This document shows positions 1-9,314 of a DNA stretch of 64,000 nt, one piece after another. The translations under genes and the position numbers were made by a program. Below the pieces are notes generated by a model. The model was not told where the DNA came from. It saw only the letters and a list, made by a program, of their open reading frames with translations, and ran no database searches. Numbering within the stretch: position 1 is the stretch's first letter; every line of letters begins with the position of its first letter. Source of the DNA: Cyclobacteriaceae bacterium (lineage in GTDB: Bacteria > Bacteroidota > Bacteroidia > Cytophagales > Cyclobacteriaceae); contig JAVKDB010000023.1 of the NCBI GenBank assembly GCA_040222475.1, forward strand, positions 41,170-105,169, in the 5' to 3' direction.

Positions 1-744
1 ATGACTCGTCGGGGTTCTCAACTCCAATTTGGTGAGGTTCAATGACTGATTATTCAGCTTGAGATCAGCCTGAAATTCCACAAGGTCAAACCCGGATTTT
101 GAATCCTTTCCAACCAGGTTGATGATTTGCATCTCTATTGAATCCATATTTACTTCAAAATCAGCTAACTGAAATTCTGAAAACTGCATTTTAAAATGAG
201 CCAGATCTATCTTTCCCTCTAACCTGGTTTTGGTCCTGTCGTCCAAAGTAAAATCCAGGTTATCCAGTAATACTTCTCCAACTCTGACAGGCTTAGGATC
301 TTTGGGGCTTTCTTTCTTTAGCGAATTAACGAATTCCGCAATATTCAACATGGAAGCTGTATCATGCCTGATCAATCGTAACTTTACCTGATTTGATGAA
401 ATATCCTCCACATTAAGGAGGTTTTGATCAATCAGGTCACTAATCCGGTAGTTAAAAGTTATTTTATTGGCATAAGCTAAAGTATCCTTCTTCCTGTCAA
501 GGATAAGAAAATCAGTAAGTGTAGCTCTGTCAAGCCATGTTATTTTGACCGAACTTACCGATACTACATGATCAGTACGTTCCGAAAAAACGGTAAGAAA
601 CTGCTTTGTTATGTAAGTCTGAACGGGTGTTATTTGAAGCAGCGAAATGAAACCAAAAAGGAAAATCAAAAAATAGAAAGCCAATCTTAAGATGGTTTTC
701 AAAACTAATTTGCTAATTCGCAGTATGTTTTCCCGGTTTTTCAA
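1..744 (-). CDS. TamB/AsmA-like translocation-and-assembly-module protein, N-terminal fragment (gene continues past the left edge)
   Basis: Minus-strand frame is open and in phase with base 1; it is absent from the ORF track because it is truncated. My translation is (L/M)KNRENILRISKLVLKTILRLAFYFLIFLFGFISLLQITPVQTYITKQFLTVFSERTDHVVSVSSVKITWLDRATLTDFLILDRKKDTLAYANKITFNY... This shows one N-terminal TM anchor followed by the repetitive beta-rich pattern typical of Bacteroidota TamB N-termini. It is divergent from tsaD. There is no ATG near the 5' end, so TTG at 744-742 is my guess for the start. Confidence 0.55.
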   Translation of the reverse strand, partial: MKNRENILRISKLVLKTILRLAFYFLIFLFGFISLLQITPVQTYITKQFLTVFSERTDHVVSVSSVKITWLDRATLTDFLILDRKKDTLAYANKITFNYRISDLIDQNLLNVEDISSNQVKLRLIRHDTASMLNIAEFVNSLKKESPKDPKPVRVGEVLLDNLDFTLDDRTKTRLEGKIDLAHFKMQFSEFQLADFEVNMDSIEMQIINLVGKDSKSGFDLVEFQADLKLNNQSLNLTKLELRTPTSH

Positions 745-759
745 AAAGTTGACCTTATT

Positions 760-1761
760 GTGGCAGTAATCCTTGGAATAGAGACATCATGTGATGAAAC
801 TTCAGCCTCTATATGTGTAAATGGCAAAGTAATCAATAATGAAATTGCTACCCAAGCAATTCATCAACAGTATGGAGGAGTTGTTCCTGAACTTGCATCA
901 CGCGAACATCAAAGAAATATTGTGCCAATTGTTGATCATGTAATTAAGAACGCCGGAATTAGCAAGAAAGATATCGATGCAATTGCCTATACAAGGGGTC
1001 CCGGGCTGTTGGGCGCATTACTAATTGGTTCAAGTTTTGCTAAATCAATGGCAAAATCCCTGAATATCCCTGTTATTCCGGTACACCATATGAAGGCACA
1101 TGTTATGGCTCATTTTATTGAAGCGCCAATTCCTGAGTATCCATTTATTTGCCTCACTGTCAGTGGTGGACACACGCAAATCTTACGAGTTGAAGACCCT
1201 TTAAAAATGGAAATTCTTGGACAGACCAGAGATGATGCTGTTGGTGAAGCTTTTGATAAATCAGCCAAACTGCTCGGACTACCCTACCCCGGTGGTCCAT
1301 TGATTGATGAACTATCAAAGGGGGGTGATCCAAATAAATTTGTTTTTAGTAAAACTGAAATGGATAGTCTGGATTACTCATTTAGTGGTATAAAAACATC
1401 TATACTTTATTTTTTAAAAAAAGAATCCAGGCTTAATGCAAAATTCATCGAAGAAAATATCAATGATCTGGCTGCCAGTATTCAGGCAACGCTTATTGAA
1501 ATGCTTTTCGAGAAACTCAGAGCTGCTGCTGACAGGGAAGGAATTAGTCAAATAGCCGTTGCAGGTGGAGTTTCAGCTAATTCCGAACTTCGAAAAAAAC
1601 TACATCAAGAAGCAGAATTAAACGATTGGACCGTGTTCATACCAGATTTTCAATATTGCACCGACAATGCTGGAATGATCTCAATTTCAGGTCATTTGCT
1701 TTATGAGATGAAACAATTTGGAGAGTTCTCAGACAGTCCGCTCCCCAGAATGCCTTTTTAG
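760..1761 (+). CDS. tsaD: tRNA N6-adenosine threonylcarbamoyltransferase TsaD (Kae1/Gcp family)
   Basis: 333 aa with a GTG start. GIETSCDET, HHMKAH and GGVSAN motifs are the TsaD signature. Confidence 0.95.
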   Translation: MAVILGIETSCDETSASICVNGKVINNEIATQAIHQQYGGVVPELASREHQRNIVPIVDHVIKNAGISKKDIDAIAYTRGPGLLGALLIGSSFAKSMAKSLNIPVIPVHHMKAHVMAHFIEAPIPEYPFICLTVSGGHTQILRVEDPLKMEILGQTRDDAVGEAFDKSAKLLGLPYPGGPLIDELSKGGDPNKFVFSKTEMDSLDYSFSGIKTSILYFLKKESRLNAKFIEENINDLAASIQATLIEMLFEKLRAAADREGISQIAVAGGVSANSELRKKLHQEAELNDWTVFIPDFQYCTDNAGMISISGHLLYEMKQFGEFSDSPLPRMPF

Positions 1762-1778
1762 CGCTATTTTTATCTCTT

Positions 1779-2246
1779 ATGAGTAAGGACAAGCAGCGGT
1801 TTTCGAATAACATTCAGATCAAAAACAGAAAAGCCGGTTTCGAATACGAGTTTATAGAAAAGTTCGAAGCGGGCATTATCCTGAAAGGGACTGAGATTAA
1901 ATCGATCCGGGAAGGCAAGGCAAGTGTTCAGGAGGCGTACTGCTTTCTGAAAGATGGTGAAGCATTTGTCAAAGGGATGAATATATCTCCGTACACTCAG
2001 GCAAGTTTTGGTTCTCATGAAATGGCCAGGGATCGAAAGCTTCTTTTGAAGAAAAAGGAGATCGAAAAACTCAAGGCAAAGACTGAGGAAAAGGGGCTGA
2101 CAATCGTTCCCCTCCGAATATTTATTAATGGAAGAGGATATGCGAAGCTGGAAATTGCGCTGGCAAGAGGCAAGAAAATATTTGACAAACGGGACAGCAT
2201 AAAAAAGAAGGATCAGGATCGCGAACTTAAAAAATTGAAGATATAA
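1779..2246 (+). CDS. smpB: SsrA(tmRNA)-binding protein SmpB
   Basis: 155 aa. KNRKAGFEYEF...GTEIKSIR...LLLKKKEI pattern is typical of SmpB. Starts 17 nt after tsaD. Confidence 0.95.
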   Translation: MSKDKQRFSNNIQIKNRKAGFEYEFIEKFEAGIILKGTEIKSIREGKASVQEAYCFLKDGEAFVKGMNISPYTQASFGSHEMARDRKLLLKKKEIEKLKAKTEEKGLTIVPLRIFINGRGYAKLEIALARGKKIFDKRDSIKKKDQDRELKKLKI

Positions 2247-2755
2247 TGAATTCTGTCCTGGTCCTCAATCATGATTACACCCCATTAACCATTTGTTCCA
2301 TTCAACGAGCATTTCTACTTGTCTTTCTTGACAAAGCAGAGTTACTAAACAGTTTAAAAGAAAGGAAATTAAGAACTGTGTCCAGTTCCTACCCTTTTCC
2401 TTCAGTTATTAAAATCAACAGATATATTCACATTCCCTACAAAGGAGTAGTCCTGACACGACACAACATATTCAAAAGGGATGGACACAAATGTCAGTAT
2501 TGTGGCACCCGACAAAACCTTACTCTCGATCACCTGATTCCACGATCCAGAGGAGGTAAAACCTCCTGGACCAACCTTGTTACTGCATGTCAAAAGTGCA
2601 ATGCAAGAAAGGGAGATTCAATGCCTGAAAAAGTCGGCATGAAGCTTAAGAATATGCCTGTTAAACCTTCATATATATCATTCATGAAAATGGCTAATGG
2701 AGCTCTTAGAGAAGACTGGAAACCATATTTTAACCCCAAAAAAGCATCAGCATGA
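2246..2755 (+). CDS. HNH endonuclease family protein
   Basis: 169 aa with HKCQYCG...LTLDHLIPRSRGG...NLVTACQKCNARKG (HNH/zinc-finger core). Its ATG overlaps the smpB stop by 1 nt (TAATG). Confidence 0.85.
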   Translation: MNSVLVLNHDYTPLTICSIQRAFLLVFLDKAELLNSLKERKLRTVSSSYPFPSVIKINRYIHIPYKGVVLTRHNIFKRDGHKCQYCGTRQNLTLDHLIPRSRGGKTSWTNLVTACQKCNARKGDSMPEKVGMKLKNMPVKPSYISFMKMANGALREDWKPYFNPKKASA

Positions 2756-3102
2756 AACTATTAATTCCCGTTATTTCTGTTCTACTTCTTTTGGGTTGTG
2801 ATTCATCTGATGGAGATGAGAAAAAGAGAGAGAATGTTTTAGAAAAACTCGAAACACAAAAAGAAGAATTAATAGATCAAATTGAGGAATTAAAAGAGAT
2901 TGCTCGGGAGGCTTCAGATGAGGCGAAAGAAGAAATTGATCAGGCAATCAGGGATTTATCAAAAGAAAGGGAGAAGGTTATAAAAGAAGCAAAGAATTTA
3001 AAGCGAGCTACAAAAAATGAACTTGAAAAAGCGCTCAAAGAAGCTGAGGAATCGTATGAAGAATGGCTTAAGGAGAAGAAAAGGGAGTTTGATAAACAAT
3101 AA
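2752..3102 (+). CDS. small lipoprotein with Glu/Lys-rich coiled-coil body
   Basis: 116 aa. Signal peptide plus lipobox (LLLGC); the remainder is a charged heptad-like sequence. ATGA overlap with the HNH gene. Confidence 0.6.
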   Translation: MKLLIPVISVLLLLGCDSSDGDEKKRENVLEKLETQKEELIDQIEELKEIAREASDEAKEEIDQAIRDLSKEREKVIKEAKNLKRATKNELEKALKEAEESYEEWLKEKKREFDKQ

Positions 3103-3133
3103 AAAACCCTGCTGACAGAAATCAACAGGGTTT
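3098..3133. terminator. intrinsic terminator between convergent genes (strong for the minus-strand exbBD operon, weaker for plus)
   Basis: AAACCCTG (3104-3111) pairs with CAGGGTTT (3126-3133). On the minus strand the hairpin is followed by TTTTTT. Confidence 0.65.
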
Positions 3134-3153
3134 CGCTCTTAACAATTTTTGTC

Positions 3154-3615
3154 CTAGTTATCAGCGGACTTTAATGATTTATACAATATCAAGAGTGCGT
3201 TTGCATCTCTTAATTGTTGTTCAACGTCTGATACAATACCCATTTTCACATCTACATCCACATTCATTGCCATCCTGATTCTATCTCTTTGATTTTCATC
3301 CAGTTTATCTTTCTCCTGATTGACAAATTGAACGATATCAGTTGGCTCAACAAACACGTCATTGGTCTGAATTTTGGGTTCAGAACCAAAAAGACCTGTA
3401 TTCTTAGGCTCTCCAATAAAGATATGGCTCACTAAAGATTTCTTCTCAATCTTGGTGAGTTGTTCAGCCTTAGGCAATATTTGCTTTACCAAAATTTCCT
3501 GATCTCTCATTACGGTAGTCACCATAAAAAAGAAGAGAAGCATGAAAATGATATCCGGTAATGCCGCTGTTGGGATTTCCTGTCCTGATTTAGATTTCTT
3601 CTTAAACTTTGACAT
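3154..3615 (-). CDS. exbD: ExbD/TolR biopolymer transport protein
   Basis: 153 aa. Basic N-terminus, single TM (LPDIIFMLLFFFMVTT), ExbD/TolR-type periplasmic domain. Confidence 0.85.
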   Translation of the reverse strand: MSKFKKKSKSGQEIPTAALPDIIFMLLFFFMVTTVMRDQEILVKQILPKAEQLTKIEKKSLVSHIFIGEPKNTGLFGSEPKIQTNDVFVEPTDIVQFVNQEKDKLDENQRDRIRMAMNVDVDVKMGIVSDVEQQLRDANALLILYKSLKSADN

Positions 3616-3620
3616 ATTCC

Positions 3621-4247
3621 TTATTTATCCGGTTCAGCAATTGAAATAGCCCGAGGAATACCCTCTCTGGCACTTTGATAAATTCTCTTTTGAGTCGGAT
3701 CTTTCTGATCCAGATTCAAAAATTCCTGCCCTGAAATACCAACACGTTCACCATAAATTTCATTATACGCCGCGTTGACTGCATCAAGTACTTCAATGTA
3801 CAACTCATAGCTCGTTCCTCGATTTGCCTTAAAAGACACTACTGCTTTTTTAGGATCATCTGAAGAATTGGGATTCCTTCCGACTTTAGCTTTCATAGAA
3901 GAAGGGAGCGAATTGTAAATATCAACACCTTCATCGCTCGGGTTTCCGAAATTCAAAACAAAATCCTTTACCTCTTCTTTAAGGCTGGAAATTGGTTTCC
4001 TGTACGGTTCATCCTCCACCAGCAACTGATCTTTCGAGTTTGCCAGAATCTTAAAAATATTCCTTTGCTGAAATTTGATTTCAGGTGGCGGATCATTTGG
4101 ATCCGGTTTTGGGGGAAGCTGAATAGCAATCCCTTTGTCATTTGCAATCGTGGTAGTTACCAGGAAGAAAATGAGCAAAAGAAATGCAATATCTGCCATA
4201 GATCCGGAGCTTACCTCCGGGGTTCCCCTGTCTTTATTTCTGGCCAT
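3621..4247 (-). CDS. exbD: ExbD/TolR biopolymer transport protein (long form)
   Basis: 208 aa. SMADIAFLLLIFFLVTT anchor and ExbD-like C-terminal domain. Confidence 0.85.
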   Translation of the reverse strand: MARNKDRGTPEVSSGSMADIAFLLLIFFLVTTTIANDKGIAIQLPPKPDPNDPPPEIKFQQRNIFKILANSKDQLLVEDEPYRKPISSLKEEVKDFVLNFGNPSDEGVDIYNSLPSSMKAKVGRNPNSSDDPKKAVVSFKANRGTSYELYIEVLDAVNAAYNEIYGERVGISGQEFLNLDQKDPTQKRIYQSAREGIPRAISIAEPDK

Positions 4248-4549
4248 TATTCAAACATTTTTTGAATTTCTGTAAATACGATTCCGCCAATCGCAAGAAT
4301 GGCAAGAATATACATAGTTATCAATCCTGCTCCTACCATTTTAGATGTGCCGGATGAAGCTTCTTCATAAGCAGTTCCATCAGCAATAAGGTAAGAAACC
4401 ACAAATACAACCACTACGGCCCCTACCCCCATCGCCATCTTCTTAAGAGATTGGGGGTCACCGAAAGCCTTTACCAATGGCATTCCGATTGCCGTAAGGG
4501 CACAAACACCGATTAGTATATATGATAAAAATAATCCTACATCAATCAT
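4247..4549 (-). CDS. small integral membrane protein of the ExbB/ExbD cluster
   Basis: 100 aa with about 3 hydrophobic helices. Wedged between exbB and exbD with a 1-nt overlap. Confidence 0.6.
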   Translation of the reverse strand: MIDVGLFLSYILIGVCALTAIGMPLVKAFGDPQSLKKMAMGVGAVVVVFVVSYLIADGTAYEEASSGTSKMVGAGLITMYILAILAIGGIVFTEIQKMFE

Positions 4550-4568
4550 AGTTATTCTGGTTTAAGGA

Positions 4569-5396
4569 TTACTTAGACAAGTTGTGCTTAACAAGAAGGT
4601 CAACAAGTGAAATAGACGCATCTTCCATGCTATTCACAATTGAGTCAACTTTAGATACAAGGTAGTTGTAAAATAATTGAAGAATTACAGCCACAATCAA
4701 ACCACCAACTGTGGTCAAAAGTGCTACTTTAATACCGTCAGCAACCAATGCGGGAGATACGTCTCCAGCTTCTGCGATTGCATCAAAAGCGTCAATCATA
4801 CCAATTACTGTTCCCATGAAACCAAGCATTGGTGCAAGTGAGATAAATAGAGATATCCAGATCATTCCTCTTTCCAGTCTTCCCATTTCTACAGATCCGT
4901 AAGCAATAATTGATTTTTCAACCATTTCGATTCCCTCCGACATTCTCATCAGACCCTGAGTAAAAATTGAAGCAACAGGACCTCTTGTATTTCTGCAAAC
5001 CTCTTTTGCAGCTTCAGGGCCTCCTGAACTTAGTGCGTCTTCAACTTCAGTTAATAATTTACTTGTATTTGTAGATGCCATATTCAAATGAATGATTCTT
5101 TCAATTGCGATTGCAAGTCCAAGAATCAAACAGGCGAGTACGATACCCATAAATGTTGGTCCTCCATCAATGAATTGTTCTTTAACAACCTGATGGAAAC
5201 CAGGAGAAGCTTCTTCTTCAGCGTATACTTCTTCTACTGCTGCCTCTGCAGGTGCTTCTTCTACGGCTTCATCAACGGCAGTTGAATCAGTGGCAAATTC
5301 TGTTGAATCAGAATCTGAAAAATCCTGTGCATATGTATTCATTGATGTTAAAGTGAACACACCTGCCAACATTAAGAGCGTCAATAACTTTTTCAT
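4569..5396 (-). CDS. exbB: MotA/TolQ/ExbB proton-channel protein
   Basis: 275 aa. Signal peptide plus acidic N-terminal extension, then three TM helices with the LAPMLGFMGTVIGMI channel motif. Confidence 0.9.
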   Translation of the reverse strand: MKKLLTLLMLAGVFTLTSMNTYAQDFSDSDSTEFATDSTAVDEAVEEAPAEAAVEEVYAEEEASPGFHQVVKEQFIDGGPTFMGIVLACLILGLAIAIERIIHLNMASTNTSKLLTEVEDALSSGGPEAAKEVCRNTRGPVASIFTQGLMRMSEGIEMVEKSIIAYGSVEMGRLERGMIWISLFISLAPMLGFMGTVIGMIDAFDAIAEAGDVSPALVADGIKVALLTTVGGLIVAVILQLFYNYLVSKVDSIVNSMEDASISLVDLLVKHNLSK

Positions 5397-5427
5397 AATT
5401 CAGTCTAATAAGTTAAGTCTTCGGTTT

Positions 5428-5458
5428 AAGTTTAATATTCAAGTTTAATATTCAAGTT
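5428..5458. repeat. 13-nt tandem duplication (AAGTTTAATATTC x2 plus partial third unit)
   Basis: Read directly: unit 1 at 5428-5440, unit 2 at 5441-5453, then AAGTT. Lies between tRNA-Ser and exbB. Confidence 0.8.
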
Positions 5459-5502
5459 CTATAATTCTTTCCAAAATCTAAAACTCCGCTTTCCAACATT
5501 TG

Positions 5503-5591
5503 CAGAGAGGAAGGGATTCGAACCCTCGATACCCCGTAAAGAGTATACACGCTTTCCAAGCGTGCGCCTTCAGCCGCTCGGCCACCTCTCT
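5503..5591 (-). tRNA. tRNA-Ser (anticodon GGA)
   Basis: Reverse complement is AGAGAGGTGGCCGAGCGGCTGAAGGCGCACGCTTGGAAAGCGTGTATACTCTTTACGGGGTATCGAGGGTTCGAATCCCTTCCTCTCTG. It has a 7-bp acceptor stem AGAGAGG/CCTCTCT, anticodon loop TTGGAAA, a long variable arm and GGTTCGAATCC T-loop. CCA is not encoded. Confidence 0.9.
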
Positions 5592-5695
5592 AGTCAATCG
5601 CCTTTTTCGACGGGCTACAAATAAATGATGAAAATTACCTTTATGCAAGTTTTGAATTAATACAACCGTATATATTCAGGCTTACTCTCAATAAT

Positions 5696-6748
5696 TCAGT
5701 CCATTTCACCATTCAGAGGGGCTGTGAGCCTTTCTCGTAAAACATCTTTATCTTCTTCACACCCCAGTAATATCATCATTTTAGCAACTGCAGCTTCAGT
5801 AGTAATATCTCCACCACTCAAAACCCCTATTTCAACCAGTCTTTTACTTGTCTCATATTTACCCTGCATGACTTCCCCTCCAATACACTGACTCACATTT
5901 AATATCACCAGGCCTGATTCTACCGCTTCCGTCAGGCAACCCAGAAACCATTCAGATTTCATGGTATTTCCAGATCCGAAAGTCTCCAAAATCAATCCCT
6001 TCAGATTTTTAGCAAAAATCGTACCCCTAACAGCTGCTTCTGAAATTCCCGGGAATATTTTTAAAATTGACACATTTGGGTCAATGTCACTCCTTACATG
6101 GAGTTTCGCATCTTTCTTAAAAGGCATTAATGCATTGAAATTATACTTTATGGAAATCCCGGCTTCTGCCAGGTAAGGAAAGTTTTCTGATTCAAAAGCC
6201 GCAAACTGACTACTTCTTATTTTTTGAGACCGATTACCTCTAAGAAGTACAAAGTTGAAATAGATGCAAACTTCACTTACAATCGGGTGTCCATTTTCTT
6301 CAGCGGAGGCAATTTCAAGGGCAGTTATCAAATTTTCTCTTGCATCTGACCGTACCGATCCGATTGGCATTTGGGCTCCTGTGAGTATGACCGGCTTATT
6401 GAGCCCTTCCAACATAAAGCTCAACATCGAGGCGGTGTAGGCCATGGTATCGGTTCCATGCAGAATCACAAAACCATCATATTGATGGTAATTTTCCTCA
6501 ATGATATATGAAAGGCTTTTCCAGTCACCCAGATTAATATTGGAAGAATCAATGGGTACGGGAAATGATATGACGGTCAATCGAATATCAAGAGATTTCA
6601 ATTCGGGAATTTTGTCAACAACTTTTCCAAAATTGAATGGAATCAGAGATCCGGATTCATCCATAATCATCCCAAATGTTCCTCCGGTATAAATGATCAG
6701 GATTCCTCTGGATCCGCTTTCGTTGATATTTATAATTTTATAATTCAC
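5696..6748 (-). CDS. ansA: type I (cytoplasmic) L-asparaginase
   Basis: 350 aa with IYTGGTFGM (Thr nucleophile) and HGTDTMAYTAS motifs. GTG start overlaps the tatD stop (GTGA). Confidence 0.9.
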   Translation of the reverse strand: MNYKIININESGSRGILIIYTGGTFGMIMDESGSLIPFNFGKVVDKIPELKSLDIRLTVISFPVPIDSSNINLGDWKSLSYIIEENYHQYDGFVILHGTDTMAYTASMLSFMLEGLNKPVILTGAQMPIGSVRSDARENLITALEIASAEENGHPIVSEVCIYFNFVLLRGNRSQKIRSSQFAAFESENFPYLAEAGISIKYNFNALMPFKKDAKLHVRSDIDPNVSILKIFPGISEAAVRGTIFAKNLKGLILETFGSGNTMKSEWFLGCLTEAVESGLVILNVSQCIGGEVMQGKYETSKRLVEIGVLSGGDITTEAAVAKMMILLGCEEDKDVLRERLTAPLNGEMD

Positions 6749-7509
6749 TTAAAAAAAAGATCGTTCGCATTTTTGGTTGTAAGATCGGTCACCTGCTCAT
6801 CTGTCAAATCGAGGCACTCGGCCACCTTCTTTACAACAAGTGCAACCTTTGATGGCTCATTCCTTTTCCCTCTCTCGGGAGCGGGAGACAGGTACGGGCT
6901 ATCTGTTTCTAAAATTATTCTTTCTCTGTCAATGCTGTGTAAGATTTTGTCAATACCTCCATTTTTAAAGGTTACAACTCCTCCGATTCCAAGGAAAAAT
7001 CCCATATCGGTGATTTTTTCAGCCTGGTCCAAAGTCCCTGTAAAGCAGTGAAAAACACCCCTGAGTCCTTTTTCCGAAAAAGCATCAACCAATTCTATGG
7101 TTTCATCAATAGAATTACGACAGTGAACAGCTACAGGTAAATTATATTGAATCGCCCATTCACATTGAGTGATAAAGGCTTCTTTTTGTTCTTCCCAAAA
7201 TGTCTTATCCCAATATAAATCTGTTCCTATTTCTCCTATAGCCAGAAACTTCCTCTTTGATAGCCAGTGCTCAACTTTGTTCAGTTCTTCCATGAAGTCC
7301 TGTTTCACTGAACAGGGATGAAGACCAATCATGGAATAGCATGTACCTGAATACTTATTTTCCAGACTGAGCATTTGTTCAATGGTTTGACTATCAATGT
7401 TAGGCAGGAGAATCTTCTCAACACCTGAATGGCGCGCTCTTTGAATTACCTCATCTATGTCATTTTCGAATTCTTCGAGATAAATATGGGCGTGTGTATC
7501 TATTAACAT
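6745..7509 (-). CDS. TatD-family metal-dependent hydrolase/DNase
   Basis: 254 aa. IDTHAH start, GEIGTDLYW, HCR and ETDSPYL motifs of the TatD/YcfH family. Confidence 0.9.
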   Translation of the reverse strand: MLIDTHAHIYLEEFENDIDEVIQRARHSGVEKILLPNIDSQTIEQMLSLENKYSGTCYSMIGLHPCSVKQDFMEELNKVEHWLSKRKFLAIGEIGTDLYWDKTFWEEQKEAFITQCEWAIQYNLPVAVHCRNSIDETIELVDAFSEKGLRGVFHCFTGTLDQAEKITDMGFFLGIGGVVTFKNGGIDKILHSIDRERIILETDSPYLSPAPERGKRNEPSKVALVVKKVAECLDLTDEQVTDLTTKNANDLFFK

Positions 7510-8133
7510 TTAGAGTGTGCTGAACTTCAAATTCAAAGATGACCAATGATCAAGGAGTTGCGGTAAAAGCTTTTTCAAATTTTGCGTTGACTTTTCATTG
7601 TCATGAAATACAATAATACTGCCGGGTGAAGCATTTTTTAGTATGCGTATGGATTTTTCAACAGCTAATTTTTCGTCAAAATCCCACGAAAGGTGACTCC
7701 ACATAATTATTTCATATGCCTTGTTGATGTATTTGATCTGGCTTTTCTTTATTCGACCATATGGTGGGCGAAAGAGCCTTTTCGAATGCTTCTGTATCTG
7801 CGCTATTTCTTCTTCACAGTCCAACAGACTTTGAACATACTCCCTATCTTTCGTTCCTGTCCCCTTTAAATGATTATCACTATGATTGGCAATAAGATGA
7901 CCTTCAAAGATCAATCGTTCAGCTACATCTTTGTGCGCCCTTAAGTTATTTCCCAGACAAAAAAAGGTTGCTTTTGCGTTGTGTCTTTTTAGTTCGTCCA
8001 ACACCCATGAAGTAATTTCAGGATGAGGACCATCATCGAATGTAAGGAAAATCTCATCCTGCGATATCCTCCTCCATGTTAAAGAAGGATAGAATTTTCT
8101 TATGAGTGCAGGAGTCTTATAAAACCGAATCAT
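7510..8133 (-). CDS. polysaccharide deacetylase (CE4 / NodB-homology domain), no signal peptide
   Basis: TFDDGP and HSDNH motifs. The track starts at TTG 8151, but ATG 8133 gives a classic ATGA overlap with the upstream stop, so I take 8133 (207 aa). Confidence 0.85.
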   Translation of the reverse strand: MIRFYKTPALIRKFYPSLTWRRISQDEIFLTFDDGPHPEITSWVLDELKRHNAKATFFCLGNNLRAHKDVAERLIFEGHLIANHSDNHLKGTGTKDREYVQSLLDCEEEIAQIQKHSKRLFRPPYGRIKKSQIKYINKAYEIIMWSHLSWDFDEKLAVEKSIRILKNASPGSIIVFHDNEKSTQNLKKLLPQLLDHWSSLNLKFSTL

Positions 8134-9314
8134 CCATTTTGAACCCGACAAGAAAGCATGGTTATATCGTCATGAAAATTACGATTACCCTTGAAATCAA
8201 TAAGTTCATCAAGTATTTTGTTATGCAGACCATGTAAACTCCCAAGCTGATTTTCAATAAGTGCTTTAAGGTTCTCAAACTCGAACGCTTCATCCTCTTC
8301 ATTAAAGGTTTCGGTAAGTCCGTCTGTATAGGCAAAGAGGAAAAAATCCGTCAGGTTTTCAATAGTCTCTGTTTTTATAAATGGTAACGGACTGAACATT
8401 CCAAGAATGGTTGTTCCTTCGTTCAGAAGTTGAATTTTATCATTAACTGACAATACAATTTCATTGTGCCCGCAATTAATGTATTCAAGTTCCTTTGTAT
8501 TGAAATCATAGATGGCAGCAAAGAATGTAATGAAATTTTCTGCGTTTCCACTGATATAAGTTGTCAGGTTGAGTTCATTCACAATCTCTTCCAGATCAAA
8601 CGAATGTCTCACCAGTGTTCTAAGAGAAGCCTGAAAGTTAGACATCAGGAGAGCAGCAGGAACTCCTTTACCCGATACATCTGCAATACAAATCAGAAAT
8701 TTGTCTTCAGTAATCGGAATGTAGTCATAGTAATCACCGCCAACGTCCTGATGCGGAAGGTAAAATGCTTCTACCTGAAGTCGCTCAATTCTTGGAAGTT
8801 GTTTGGGAAAAAGAAAGTTTTGTACTTTTTTGGCAATCTCCAGTTCTTTTTGGTAGGTCTCCTGCTCAAGTTGCTTTCTTGCCAGTTTTTTATTTTCAAT
8901 AGCAACCAGCATAATGTTGGTGAGTGCATTCAAAAATCTATTCTCAAACGCCAGATCATCTCCTGTTGATGTGAAAACAATCGCGAGTAATTTATCCTTA
9001 TGATACACGGGAAACACCAGTTCAAACTGTTCTTCAAACTCTGAATTTGGCTCAATTTTTTCCTCTTTTTTCAGGCTGATATATTTTGGATCGAGGATCA
9101 CATCTTCACAAGATTTGACCGTTCCAAAATGCACCCTGCAAACCCAACTGCCCTTCTGCTCGGTAAAGAGTGCGAGCCGCTGTATTTTGAGATCAGCAAG
9201 GAGAGTGAATTTGTAAATTCTTAGCAGATCTTCCTCAGGTAAATTACTGTTGATAGCCTGAGTTACCTCCAGCAGCGCATTGAGTTGTAAATCTTTTAAG
9301 TCCAAAGTATTCAT
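8130..9314 (-). CDS. GAF-domain PP2C-family (SpoIIE/RsbU-type) serine phosphatase
   Basis: 394 aa. N-terminal half is GAF-like. C-terminal half has GGDYYD, ADVSGKGVPAALLMS, TDGLTE and DDITMLSCRV motifs. Confidence 0.85.
   Translation of the reverse strand: MNTLDLKDLQLNALLEVTQAINSNLPEEDLLRIYKFTLLADLKIQRLALFTEQKGSWVCRVHFGTVKSCEDVILDPKYISLKKEEKIEPNSEFEEQFELVFPVYHKDKLLAIVFTSTGDDLAFENRFLNALTNIMLVAIENKKLARKQLEQETYQKELEIAKKVQNFLFPKQLPRIERLQVEAFYLPHQDVGGDYYDYIPITEDKFLICIADVSGKGVPAALLMSNFQASLRTLVRHSFDLEEIVNELNLTTYISGNAENFITFFAAIYDFNTKELEYINCGHNEIVLSVNDKIQLLNEGTTILGMFSPLPFIKTETIENLTDFFLFAYTDGLTETFNEEDEAFEFENLKALIENQLGSLHGLHNKILDELIDFKGNRNFHDDITMLSCRVQNG

Noticed and set aside
1770-2200. Minus-strand ORFs (82 and 61 aa) antisense to smpB.
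   Set aside because: They are shadow ORFs inside a confidently identified gene.
5428-5458. 13-nt tandem repeat as a possible mini-CRISPR or satellite.
   Set aside because: It has only two and a half contiguous units with no spacers, which is consistent with a simple slippage duplication in an AT-rich intergenic region.
5397-5695. tRNA-Ser as a possible genomic-island integration site.
   Set aside because: There is no integrase on either side, the flanking genes (exbBD, ansA) are ordinary chromosomal genes, and I found no duplicated copy of the tRNA 3' end nearby.
8466-8969. 167-aa plus-strand ORF inside the PP2C phosphatase gene.
   Set aside because: It is an antisense shadow ORF. Its composition (Cys/Phe/Lys-rich) is not protein-like, and the minus frame has strong SpoIIE motifs.
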